Source of the DNA: a virus
Taxonomy: Duplodnaviria; Heunggongvirae; Uroviricota; Caudoviricetes
Length of the DNA stretch: 64,000 nucleotides
Virus record (IMG/VR): IMGVR_UViG_3300021962_009794
Strand: one strand, 5' to 3'
The notes below the pieces were generated by a model, which made no database searches, had not been told where the DNA came from, and was given only the letters and a program-made list of their open reading frames with translations. Both the position numbers and the translations under genes were made by a program. How positions within the stretch are numbered: the first letter of the stretch is position 1; every line of letters begins with the position of its first letter. Positions 1 to 9,131 of this stretch are shown here, piece by piece.

Positions 1-1
1 C

Positions 2-97
2 ATGGACGAAAACAGAAAGCTTATAATAAACTACAATCAGGAAACTCAGAATTACGACATTGTCGAAGAGGAATATGGATGGGGAAGTGGATGGTAA
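2..97 (+). CDS. 3' end of a gene entering from upstream (or a 31-aa ORF)
   Basis: Open frame MDENRKLIINYNQETQNYDIVEEEYGWGSGW-TAA at the window edge. Confidence 0.5.
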   Translation: MDENRKLIINYNQETQNYDIVEEEYGWGSGW

Positions 98-117
98 AAA
101 ACTAATAAATTAAAATT

Positions 118-372
118 ATGAAGCATATCAAATTATTCGAGAATTTTTCAGCTAAAAAATTTACTGACGCTGAATTAGAGAAAATAAAATCCGATGTTGT
201 AAGATTATCCCAACCCGGCTTTTTCGATCGTTGGGAACTACCTGCATATTTGGCAGAGGTAAGCGATAATGACCCTGAAACCGAGGAATATCTAGTTAAT
301 CTATTAAAGGACAAGGGTGTTGATTTTACCGGAACAGATTATGAAGATCCGATCTATTTTAAAAGAAGATAA
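118..372 (+). CDS. hypothetical protein with MKHIKLFENF N-terminal motif (candidate capsid-internal protein)
   Basis: 84-aa ORF; N-terminus matches the motif shared by 11 ORFs here; followed by a terminator. Confidence 0.75.
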   Translation: MKHIKLFENFSAKKFTDAELEKIKSDVVRLSQPGFFDRWELPAYLAEVSDNDPETEEYLVNLLKDKGVDFTGTDYEDPIYFKRR

Positions 373-394
373 GAATAAGAAATAATTTCAAAAT

Positions 395-428
395 AAAGCC
401 GGGCCAAAAAGCTCGGCTTTATTTTTTT
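395..428 (+). terminator. intrinsic terminator
   Basis: AAAGCCGGGC-CAAAAA-GCTCGGCTTT hairpin followed by a T-tract. Confidence 0.75.
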
Positions 429-453
429 ATACCGGATCCTTTCCTTATATTTG
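422..453 (+). promoter_or_regulatory. host sigma-A-type promoter (T-tract/CCG/N11/TATATTTG)
   Basis: TATATTTG at 446-453 fits the Bacteroidota -7 box; CCG lies 11 nt upstream as in the other copies. Confidence 0.7.
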
Positions 454-468
454 CAAAAAAAAGAAGAA

Positions 469-1281
469 ATGCCAGAAGGACCGGAAGTAAGAAGAATGGC
501 CGAGGGATTGGCCAAAAGAATAGTTGGTAAGGACCTAACTGAGGCTGAAATACTCGGGGGTAAGTGGTTAAAGAAAGAACCTACAGGAATTGATATTATT
601 AGGCAGAGCCTATCAAAAGGGCCTCTCCGAGTGGAATGGGTTAAGGTTAAAGGCAAATTCATCTACGCCAAAATGGGGAATTTGTTTATGTGGAACACTC
701 TAGGCATGAGCGGAGGCTGGAGAGATCTTAGAGGAAAGCATTCGCATTTCGTTCTTAGACTTTCTGATTCTTCTGAGGTTTTCTTTGAGGATGTAAGAAG
801 ATTCGGTAATATCTCTTTCCACTCAGATCCCGACGAGATCCAAAAGAAGTTGAATGGAGCAGGTCCGGATATGTTGAATAGCGAGGTGTCCTTTTCTGAG
901 TTTTATGCTAGACTATCAAAATCACCAAACAAGAATATCTGTAAAGCTATCATGGATCAGAAAGTGATCTCTGGGGTAGGTAACTACATAAAATCAGAAG
1001 CACTGTACAGAGCTGGCATTTCACCCCACTTAAAGATCTCCGAAATCCCACAGGATAGGATGGAGAAGCTTTGCGAGTGGATAAAAACGATAATCCGGAC
1101 TTCTTACGAGCAAGGTGGAGCGACACTAGCCACATACACAGACATGGACAATAACCACGGGGACTTTGTATTCTCTTTCCATGTTTATCGCAAGGATAAA
1201 GATCCTCTGGGTAACACAGTTCTTCACGAGGTTACAGAGGACGGTAGGATGACACATTGGGTTTCTGAAATGCAAAGCTAA
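469..1281 (+). CDS. nei: Fpg/Nei-family DNA glycosylase/AP lyase, zincless-finger type
   Basis: Starts MPEGPEV (catalytic Pro2/Glu3); H2TH motif SGVGNYIKSEALY; C-terminus VYRKDKDPLGN...GRMTHWVSEMQ has no Cys4 zinc finger. True start is ATG 469, not the TTG at 451. Confidence 0.92.
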   Translation: MPEGPEVRRMAEGLAKRIVGKDLTEAEILGGKWLKKEPTGIDIIRQSLSKGPLRVEWVKVKGKFIYAKMGNLFMWNTLGMSGGWRDLRGKHSHFVLRLSDSSEVFFEDVRRFGNISFHSDPDEIQKKLNGAGPDMLNSEVSFSEFYARLSKSPNKNICKAIMDQKVISGVGNYIKSEALYRAGISPHLKISEIPQDRMEKLCEWIKTIIRTSYEQGGATLATYTDMDNNHGDFVFSFHVYRKDKDPLGNTVLHEVTEDGRMTHWVSEMQS

Positions 1282-1670
1282 TGGCGGAAAGGGAAATTCT
1301 AATACAGGAGGATTACTTAGACAACCCATGGAGAATGATGGTTTGTTGCATCCTGCTAAATCAAACAAACAACAAGCAAGTAAGACCGATTTTAAGCTCC
1401 GTATTTGAGCTTATTCCTGATCCTATATCTACTATTGGGTGTGATCCCGAAAAGCTAGCAGCGGTCATAAAAACCACCGGATTTCAGAACGTAAAAGCAT
1501 CCCGGATAATAAAGCTTAGCCAAAAATGGGTTGATGGATTTGAACATGTGAGCCAGTTACCAGGGATTGGTAAATACGGAGTAGATTCATGGGATATTTT
1601 TATAGAGGGTAATCTATCTGTTACTCCAACTGATAAAAAATTAATAGGTTACTTGGAATATATAAAATAA
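1281..1670 (+). CDS. MBD4-like HhH-GPD mismatch DNA glycosylase
   Basis: LIQEDYLDNPWRMMVCCILLNQT...LPGIGKYGVDSWDIF parallels the MBD4 catalytic domain (LIQE..DPW...LN.T; GIGKYGNDSY.IF). Confidence 0.85.
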   Translation: MAEREILIQEDYLDNPWRMMVCCILLNQTNNKQVRPILSSVFELIPDPISTIGCDPEKLAAVIKTTGFQNVKASRIIKLSQKWVDGFEHVSQLPGIGKYGVDSWDIFIEGNLSVTPTDKKLIGYLEYIK

Positions 1671-1689
1671 AAAAATTAAATCATCAACT

Positions 1690-2052
1690 ATGAAACGAAT
1701 AAAATTATACGAAGTTTTCTTTTACGGACAGGATGGAAATACTGGGTCTATGGATTCGAGCGTTCCGAATCGCGGAAAATCTGGTATGGTTTATCTTGAT
1801 ATGCTTCCTAAAGGTCTTAAAAATGAACTGACAAGACCTGTTAAAGATATGCTTATGAATTCTAATGCGTCAGATTGGGATGCCCTGGATTACATCATGC
1901 CAAAAATAGAAAAATTGATGGCTAAGTCGGGACTTCAGTGGAATAGATTTCCGGGGATGATGAGTATTTCGGGTATAAAAACTATGGATCAATTTATAAA
2001 CTGGTTGGAAAAAGGATATTGCCAGGCATTAGAAGATGCTTATTTCTCCTAA
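1690..2052 (+). CDS. hypothetical protein with MKRIKLYEVF N-terminal motif
   Basis: 120-aa ORF; AATATATA upstream. Confidence 0.7.
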   Translation: MKRIKLYEVFFYGQDGNTGSMDSSVPNRGKSGMVYLDMLPKGLKNELTRPVKDMLMNSNASDWDALDYIMPKIEKLMAKSGLQWNRFPGMMSISGIKTMDQFINWLEKGYCQALEDAYFS

Positions 2053-2103
2053 ACTATAGATCCCTGTATTTAAGCTTATACCGGATTCTCTACCTACTGT
2101 TTA

Positions 2104-2208
2104 TTAGTAGACCTTCCAATTAGGGATAATGACTATGGATTTCATGTTACGCTTTTTGGCCGGCATAACATACTCGACAAATTCCTCAAATAGCTTTATG
2201 TGTTTCAA
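2104..2208 (-). CDS. 34-aa micro-protein MKHIKLFEEFVEYVMPAKKRNMKSIVIIPNWKVY (not in the ORF track)
   Basis: TTG start overlaps the TGA stop of the M28 gene (TTGA); first 10 aa nearly identical to ORF 118; fills an otherwise empty gap. Confidence 0.7.
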   Translation of the reverse strand: MKHIKLFEEFVEYVMPAKKRNMKSIVIIPNWKVY

Positions 2209-3203
2209 GCTTCATCTATTATTTTCAAACAAACTTCGTTAACGAATTCCTCCATGTCTTTTGGATCGATTGTGTCCACGGAGTCTGTCATTTTGTGACA
2301 GTTGAATAGCATTTTAAAGTTTAAATATTCCCCATCCTTATTTATAACCGGGCTTTTTTCTTCAGTTACTGGAAGGGGATTGATCACAGTGCTATTTATC
2401 CCGTATTTCTTGAAGATTACCGAGTCATTGAAAGGAACATTTACAATTGGGCATTCAAATCTGTTTGCAATCCAATCTGTTAAAGGTGTTCCCATTGCAC
2501 CCACGAAGAAGCTTTTTCCGCCCTTACCTGTTAGTTCCAAATTAAGAACCCATTTGCATTTAAAATCTCCGCCTTTAATTCTTTCTGCTAATCTATTAGA
2601 ACCTATACCTCCAAATTCCTCGCCATCCAATATAACGACGTTTACATCTGGTCTTAGCTTCTTAATCATTAAAGCATTTATAACTGAACATGAATTGTCA
2701 TTAGCATTATCAGAATCCTTGTTTACTATATCGTGGTGAGCCACAACAAATTTATCAGATGATCCGGGAAGTACTATATTGAAGTAGTTATTAACGCTTC
2801 TCTTTATTTCACCAGCAATTGCTTTTAACTTTTCCGAATACTCGTCTTCCAATTGGTAGTATTGTTCCTCGTGGAAATCAATAGCTTCCTCGTCGTTTTC
2901 TAATCCCGATTCTTCAAAGTCAGCATCTAGATCTTCCACCTTCTGGCGAAACTCTTTATAAAGATCAAGTGCTTGTTTTCTTTTTTCTGGTGATAACGTA
3001 TCTACGATATAACGGAAATCCCTCATCGTCATATCGTCACCAGCATTAGATTTGTCTTGTTGGAAAGTATCTAACTCGTATTTAAGACCCATTTGATCAC
3101 AAAGATCAAGTAGGAAATTTACCCTTGGTGTAGGATTCTCCCCGTTTCTAAAACAGTTTCCTAAATTTTTGACTTTGCAAAAGTCGTATATTTTTGAGTA
3201 CAT
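2205..3203 (-). CDS. M28-family metallopeptidase with acidic helical insertion
   Basis: VVAHHD, NANDNSCSV, LDGEEFGGIGS, LNLE and final CH match M28 zinc-ligand motifs. Confidence 0.75.
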   Translation of the reverse strand: MYSKIYDFCKVKNLGNCFRNGENPTPRVNFLLDLCDQMGLKYELDTFQQDKSNAGDDMTMRDFRYIVDTLSPEKRKQALDLYKEFRQKVEDLDADFEESGLENDEEAIDFHEEQYYQLEDEYSEKLKAIAGEIKRSVNNYFNIVLPGSSDKFVVAHHDIVNKDSDNANDNSCSVINALMIKKLRPDVNVVILDGEEFGGIGSNRLAERIKGGDFKCKWVLNLELTGKGGKSFFVGAMGTPLTDWIANRFECPIVNVPFNDSVIFKKYGINSTVINPLPVTEEKSPVINKDGEYLNFKMLFNCHKMTDSVDTIDPKDMEEFVNEVCLKIIDEA

Positions 3204-3214
3204 ATGTTTTCTTA

Positions 3215-3246
3215 CAAATTTAGGGTATTATTACGGATAAAAAAAT
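3215..3246 (-). promoter_or_regulatory. host sigma-A-type promoter (T-tract/CCG/N11/TAAATTTG)
   Basis: Reverse strand reads TTTTTTTATCCG-N11-TAAATTTG just upstream of the M28 gene. Confidence 0.7.
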
Positions 3247-3249
3247 TAA

Positions 3250-3552
3250 TTATCTTTTTTTAGAGGATCTTTCCTTAAAAGAATCCTTTATGTAGTTGGT
3301 TATCTGAGCCCCTGATTTTTTACCCCCGTCTAGGAACTTATTGAATTTCTCAGATTTACCTTCTTCATCCAGAAAATCGTGAAAATATGATGCCTCGAAC
3401 ATGGCATCAACAACCTCTGGCAGTGGTTGGTTCTGTGTTTTATAGTTTCTAGAATTGACTCTAATCTCCGAATTCTGTCCAGGAACGTCGATACTACCAG
3501 GAGAATCGAGCCATTCATTTAGGAAATCTGAAATATTTTTTAAATTTTTCAT
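3250..3552 (-). CDS. hypothetical protein with MKNLKNISDFLNE N-terminal motif
   Basis: 100-aa ORF; GATATATA on the minus strand at 3558-3565. Confidence 0.7.
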   Translation of the reverse strand: MKNLKNISDFLNEWLDSPGSIDVPGQNSEIRVNSRNYKTQNQPLPEVVDAMFEASYFHDFLDEEGKSEKFNKFLDGGKKSGAQITNYIKDSFKERSSKKR

Positions 3553-3637
3553 CTTTTTATATATCCTAGGCGGAAACTTAAGTTAGGATCGGAATAAAAA
3601 GATGGTACCAGAATAAAACATACGTAAATAAAAAATA

Positions 3638-5038
3638 ATGATCGTAGACATTGAGAACAGGGGAGAATATCTTAAAGTATCACATTTCACTGAAGAAGGC
3701 GACTTAGCTTTCTTGGATGTTCCGATTCCTGAAGAAGAAAGATTTGTTTGGGAAAAGTGCAGTCCTAGTAATTCAGCAAAAGATAAAGAATGGAAAACTT
3801 GGACTGGTGACCCGGTCAAAAAACTCAAAACTCAGAAGTACGACAAATATAGGATGGCTCAGATTCTAATCGAGGCAGATCCTGAATTAACAGCTCCTCT
3901 ATGGTCTTACCAAACTCCTAAGAAATACTTCGTCGATATCGAGGTTGAGATCACAGAAGATATGGCGGCAGCATTAGACACAGAAAATGCTAAAAACCGT
4001 GTTTTATCAATAGGAATTGCAACAGACAAATGCAAGTTGATCATTTTAGGTCTGGACCCATTAACTCCCGAGCAACAAGCCAACATTTACAAGAAGACCA
4101 ACGAGTACTTTAAAAAGACTGGGGATGAATGGTCATTCAAATATAAGCAGTTTGAAAGCGAGTACGATATGATGTACACTTTCTTCAAAGAGCTTGGTCC
4201 TAAAATGCCAGTTATAACGGGTTGGAACTGGCTAGGATATGACTGGCCGTATCTTATTAACAGAGCAAAGAAGCTGGGGATTGATCCTAAGATCATCTCT
4301 CCTGGCGGATATCTTATAGGCAAACAGCAACTTCCTGTCCACTTACTAATGTTTGACTACTTGGAAATTTACAAGAAGTGGGACCGAGTTATCAAGATCA
4401 AAGAAAGCAATAGATTGGATTATGTAGCTGATAAAGCTATCGGGTTAAAAAAGATTGAATACAACGGAACACTCCGAGATCTATACCAATCCAATTTTGA
4501 AGATTTCATTTACTATAACGCAGTTGACTGCGCTTTAGTTCATTATATCGACCAGAAGCTTAAGACAATGCAAACGTTCTTCAAAATAGCTATGATTAGC
4601 GGTGTGGAGATAAACAGATGCCTTTCCCCCGTTTGGTCAACTGAAATCATGATGCTCAGAAAGTTCTTAGAACGCAAACAGCTATTTGTTGTGGAAAACA
4701 GAGAGGAAGTACACGTTAAGTTTGCTGGAGGTTACGTTAAAGAACCTATCACCGGATTACACGAATGGGTAGCCTGCTATGACTTTGCATCTCTATACCC
4801 AAACACGATGGTTCAGTGGAACATCTCGCCGGAAGCGTACAGGGGTAAAAATCCAGTAAATCCCAAGGAAGATTGGGTCAGAACAGCTTCAGGAGCATGC
4901 TTTGCTTCGGATGAAGAAAATCCTATACTTAAGATAATTATTAAGGATTTGTATGCTAAACGTCGTAAGACAAAAGACAAAATGTTAGAGCTGGAATATG
5001 AAATTGACCAGCTGAAAAAAAAGATCGGTAAAAATTAA
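3638..5038 (+). CDS. polB: family-B DNA polymerase, N-terminal subunit (3'-5' exonuclease + palm motif A + first fingers helix)
   Basis: ExoI FVDIEVE, ExoII GWNWLGYDWPY, ExoIII YNAVD; FAGGYVKEP...YDFASLYPN; ends in the fingers region with no motif B or C. Confidence 0.93.
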   Translation: MIVDIENRGEYLKVSHFTEEGDLAFLDVPIPEEERFVWEKCSPSNSAKDKEWKTWTGDPVKKLKTQKYDKYRMAQILIEADPELTAPLWSYQTPKKYFVDIEVEITEDMAAALDTENAKNRVLSIGIATDKCKLIILGLDPLTPEQQANIYKKTNEYFKKTGDEWSFKYKQFESEYDMMYTFFKELGPKMPVITGWNWLGYDWPYLINRAKKLGIDPKIISPGGYLIGKQQLPVHLLMFDYLEIYKKWDRVIKIKESNRLDYVADKAIGLKKIEYNGTLRDLYQSNFEDFIYYNAVDCALVHYIDQKLKTMQTFFKIAMISGVEINRCLSPVWSTEIMMLRKFLERKQLFVVENREEVHVKFAGGYVKEPITGLHEWVACYDFASLYPNTMVQWNISPEAYRGKNPVNPKEDWVRTASGACFASDEENPILKIIIKDLYAKRRKTKDKMLELEYEIDQLKKKIGKN

Positions 5039-5139
5039 AAATAACTCCCGTCTGGCCCCCAGTCCCCGGAAATCGATCGATATATAAAAAACCCGGTGGT
5101 GGAGACCTAGACGAAAAAACCTAGTCAAAAATCACAAAT

Positions 5140-5619
5140 ATGGCAAATACAGACAACCAATGCAAAGATCTTCTCGTTGAGAATGACTACGTAAAGTCCA
5201 CGCATCATCTGGGCACTTTAATGACCCTTCAAAAGAACACTCAAGAGAAAGTGTATGGGTACGATTTCGCAAACCTCACTCTAGGGGAAATCAAAGACTT
5301 CTGGCTTTGGAACACTAGAGCAATCGAGGATGAAATCTCCGAAGCATACGACGCTCTAGGAGGAGTTTCTAATAATGGGGAAACCTCAATCGGCAACGCA
5401 GTTTGGAAACCTTGGAAAAGTAATCACAAGAAAGCTTACACAATGAAGATATCCGACTTGTCTCCTGAAGACGTGAAAGAACTTAAGATGGAACTAGTGG
5501 ATATCCAGCACTTCGTATTTAATATGATGATTTCCGTTGGTATGACTGCAGACGAACTTTACAACTTCTATCTCTCTAAAAACAAAGAGAATATTAGAAG
5601 ACAAGAAAACAATTATTAA
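5140..5619 (+). CDS. all-alpha NTP pyrophosphatase (dUTPase_2 / T4 gp56 dCTPase-dUTPase-like)
   Basis: AIEDEISEAYDALGG...WKPWK...KMELVDIQHFVFN are the ExxE, WKxWK and ExxD motifs. Confidence 0.8.
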   Translation: MANTDNQCKDLLVENDYVKSTHHLGTLMTLQKNTQEKVYGYDFANLTLGEIKDFWLWNTRAIEDEISEAYDALGGVSNNGETSIGNAVWKPWKSNHKKAYTMKISDLSPEDVKELKMELVDIQHFVFNMMISVGMTADELYNFYLSKNKENIRRQENNY

Positions 5620-5636
5620 AAAATTAATTAAAAAAC

Positions 5637-6620
5637 ATGGAAGATTTTTATTCTATACCTGAGCCTATTTTACAGGAAAATCCCGATAGGTTTGTTTTAT
5701 TCCCAATAGAACACCACGATATCTGGAAAATGTATAAACAGCAACAAGCGTGTATTTGGACAGCAGAAGAAATTGATTTAGCACAAGATTTAAACGATTG
5801 GAGAAACAGATTAAGCGACGACGAAAGATATTTCATCAAGAACGTTTTGGCATTCTTCGCAGCTTCGGATGGTATAGTAAATGAAAATTTGGCGGAAAAC
5901 TTCTTGTCTGAAGTTCAGTACACCGAGGCAAAGTTCTTTTATGGTTTCCAGATAATGATGGAGAATATTCACTCAGAAACATATTCACTTCTAATCGACA
6001 CTTACATTCAGGATCCAGCAGAAAAGAACACGCTTTTACATGCTATTGATACCATACCTGCCGTTAAGAAAAAAGCTGAATGGGCACTTAAATGGATAGG
6101 ATCCCCTCATTTCCAAGAAAGATTGGTGGCATTTGCTGCTGTTGAAGGTATCTTCTTTAGTGGATCTTTCTGTTCTATTTTCTGGTTAAAGAAAAGAGGA
6201 CTTATGCCAGGCCTATCATTCTCTAATGAGCTGATCTCGAGAGACGAGGGTATGCACACAGATTTTGCTGTGATGTTGCATAACAATCACTTAGCAAATA
6301 AAGTTTCCGAAGAGAGAATCAAAGAAATTATCACAAGTGCTTTGGAAATCGAAAAGGAATTTATCACCGAATCCCTTCCTGTTAGATTGATAGGAATGAA
6401 CGCAGATCTAATGAAACAATACCTAGAGTTTGTAGCAGACAGATTGCTTATGGATTTAGGTTGTTCTAGAGTATACAACTCTGAAAATCCGTTTGACTTT
6501 ATGGCAAACATTTCACTACAGGGTAAAACTAATTTCTTTGAAAAAAGAGTTGGGGAATACCAAAAATCAGGAGTAATGAATAAATCTGAGGATTCATTCG
6601 ACTTCGACGCTGACTTCTAA
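5637..6620 (+). CDS. nrdB: class Ia ribonucleotide reductase beta subunit
   Basis: [32 protein letters not shown] and RDEGMH di-iron motifs. Confidence 0.97.
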   Translation: MEDFYSIPEPILQENPDRFVLFPIEHHDIWKMYKQQQACIWTAEEIDLAQDLNDWRNRLSDDERYFIKNVLAFFAASDGIVNENLAENFLSEVQYTEAKFFYGFQIMMENIHSETYSLLIDTYIQDPAEKNTLLHAIDTIPAVKKKAEWALKWIGSPHFQERLVAFAAVEGIFFSGSFCSIFWLKKRGLMPGLSFSNELISRDEGMHTDFAVMLHNNHLANKVSEERIKEIITSALEIEKEFITESLPVRLIGMNADLMKQYLEFVADRLLMDLGCSRVYNSENPFDFMANISLQGKTNFFEKRVGEYQKSGVMNKSEDSFDFDADF

Positions 6621-6639
6621 AAAATAATATAAACTAAAA

Positions 6640-9117
6640 ATGCAAGTAATAAAAAGAGATGGCTCGAAAGAGCCTGTGAGATTTGAGAAGATATCTAATA
6701 GAGTAAGAAAAATGACATACGGCTTAAATGCTGATTATGTTGATCCCATCGAAATAGCACAAAAGGTAATTGCCGGTATTTACGACGGAATTACAACAGA
6801 AGAATTGGATAACCTTGCAGCAGAAACTGCAGCTTCATTGATTCCTAGACACCCGGATTATTCTGTGTTAGCATCAAGAATAGCAGTATCTAAATTACAC
6901 AAATCAACTAACAAAAAATTCTCGGAAACTATTCAGGATTTATATTCTTACATTGACCCAGAAACTAATCAACCAGCTGGTTTAATTAACGAGGAAACAT
7001 ACAATGCTGTAATGAAGAATAAGCAGAAGTATGATGGTGCTATTATCCATGAGAGAGATTTTAATTTCGAGTACTTCGGATTTAAAACTTTGGAGAAAAG
7101 CTACCTTTTAAAAATGAATGGTTCTCCAGCTGAAAGTCCTCAGCACATGTACATGAGAGTTGCTGCTGGTATTTGGGGAGAAGATACTAAGAACGTAATT
7201 AAAACTTACGAGCTTTTATCTAATAACATGATGACACACGCAACGCCGACATTGTTTAATGCTGGTACTAAAAAGCCACAGCTTTCTTCTTGTTTCTTGT
7301 TAACAATGGCAGATGACTCAATCGCTGGAATTTACAAAACTCTTTCTGACGTTGCAGTTATTTCTCAGAATGCTGGAGGTATTGGATTAGCTATTCATAA
7401 CATTAGAAGTACAGGTTCTTATATCAAAGGAACAAATGGAACTTCAAACGGTATCGTTCCGATGTTGAAGGTATTCAACGAGACTGCTAGATACGTAGAT
7501 CAAGGAGGCGGAAAAAGAAAAGGTTCATTTGCTATTTATATTGAGCCTTGGCACGCAGACATTGAAGACTTCTTGGATCTAAGAAAGAATACAGGTAAAG
7601 AGGAATTAAGAGCTAGAGATTTATTTTTGGCACTTTGGGTTTCTGACTTATTTATGAAGAGGGTAAAAGAGAATTCGGATTGGTCCCTATTCTCTCCTTC
7701 CGACGTTCCCGGCCTTTGGGAGCTTTACGGAGATGATTTCGAAAAAGCTTATTTAGAAGCTGAAGCTTCGGGAAAAGCAAGAAAGGTTATTAAAGCTAGA
7801 GAGCTTTGGACTAAGGTGATAGATTCACAGATAGAAACCGGAACACCTTATATGCTTTACAAAGATGCAGCAAATAAGAAATCCAATCAACAAAATCTAG
7901 GTACTATCAAGAGTTCAAATCTTTGTACAGAGATATTAGAATATACAGATAAAGATGAACAAGCAGTTTGTAACCTAGCTTCTATTCCAGTTAACAAGTT
8001 CTTAAAATCTACGGATGCAAGAACCTCTAAGATTAATAGAGGTAGATGCGAGGTTGATCATAAAGCTCTTTATGATGTTGCTTATCAAACAACAATTAAC
8101 TTGAATAGAGTTATTGATATCAACTACTATCCAACAGAGGAAACTAAAAGATCAAACTTTAGACATAGACCAATCGGTATCGGTATTCAAGGATTAGCTG
8201 ATCTTTATGCTACCATGAGTATTCCATTTACTTCTGAAGAAGCTATGAAGACCAACGAAGATGTTTTTGAAACTATCTATTTTGCAGCAATGACAGCTTC
8301 AATGGACTTAGCTAAAAGGGATGGTAAATACGAAACTTTTGATGGTTCGCCACTCAGCAAAGGCGATTTTCAATTTAATCTTTGGGGCTTCAACGACGAT
8401 CAACTTTCTGGAAGATGGGATTGGGCTAAATTGAGAAAAGAAGTAATGAAACATGGTACTAGAAACTCTTTATTGTTAGCACCTATGCCAACTGCTTCTA
8501 CTGCTCAGATTATGGGTAACAACGAAGCATTTGAACCTTTCACTTCGAATATTTATACGAGAAGAACATTAAGTGGAGAATTTATTCTAGTTAATAAGCA
8601 TCTTGTTAAAGACCTTATTTCATTAGGCCTTTGGAGCGAGGATATGAAGAACCTTATTATTCTTCATAAAGGATCAGTTCAAAACATCCCACAGATTCCT
8701 CAAGAGATCAGGGACGTTTATAAAACTGTATGGGAGATCAAACAGAAAGACCTAATCCAAATGTCAGCAGACAGAGGTAAATTTATTTGCCAATCACAGT
8801 CACTTAATTTGTTTATAGAGGGTGTGAATTCTGCTAAATTAACAGCAGCACATTTCCACTCTTGGGAGCTAGGACTTAAAACCGGTATGTACTACCTAAG
8901 AACTAAATCCGCCGTTGATGCAATTGCAGGATTAGGGATAGATATGTCTAAAGCTAAAGAGTCACTTAAAAAAATGGAGGAGGTTGAGGTTGAATCAAAG
9001 AAAATTGATTTAGGTGGCATGACAAGCGAGGAATTAAGCAAAGCAGCCGAAGAGCTTGCTTCTGGTATAGTTTGTAGCTTGGATAATCCAGATGCTTGCG
9101 AAGCGTGTGGATCATAA
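6640..9117 (+). CDS. nrdA: class Ia ribonucleotide reductase alpha subunit with ATP cone
   Basis: VIKRDG ATP cone; ATPTLFNAG, SSCF, SNLCTEI, APMPTAS, KTGMYYLR; C-terminal CxxC. Confidence 0.97.
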   Translation: MQVIKRDGSKEPVRFEKISNRVRKMTYGLNADYVDPIEIAQKVIAGIYDGITTEELDNLAAETAASLIPRHPDYSVLASRIAVSKLHKSTNKKFSETIQDLYSYIDPETNQPAGLINEETYNAVMKNKQKYDGAIIHERDFNFEYFGFKTLEKSYLLKMNGSPAESPQHMYMRVAAGIWGEDTKNVIKTYELLSNNMMTHATPTLFNAGTKKPQLSSCFLLTMADDSIAGIYKTLSDVAVISQNAGGIGLAIHNIRSTGSYIKGTNGTSNGIVPMLKVFNETARYVDQGGGKRKGSFAIYIEPWHADIEDFLDLRKNTGKEELRARDLFLALWVSDLFMKRVKENSDWSLFSPSDVPGLWELYGDDFEKAYLEAEASGKARKVIKARELWTKVIDSQIETGTPYMLYKDAANKKSNQQNLGTIKSSNLCTEILEYTDKDEQAVCNLASIPVNKFLKSTDARTSKINRGRCEVDHKALYDVAYQTTINLNRVIDINYYPTEETKRSNFRHRPIGIGIQGLADLYATMSIPFTSEEAMKTNEDVFETIYFAAMTASMDLAKRDGKYETFDGSPLSKGDFQFNLWGFNDDQLSGRWDWAKLRKEVMKHGTRNSLLLAPMPTASTAQIMGNNEAFEPFTSNIYTRRTLSGEFILVNKHLVKDLISLGLWSEDMKNLIILHKGSVQNIPQIPQEIRDVYKTVWEIKQKDLIQMSADRGKFICQSQSLNLFIEGVNSAKLTAAHFHSWELGLKTGMYYLRTKSAVDAIAGLGIDMSKAKESLKKMEEVEVESKKIDLGGMTSEELSKAAEELASGIVCSLDNPDACEACGS

Positions 9118-9131
9118 AAAAAATTGAAAAG

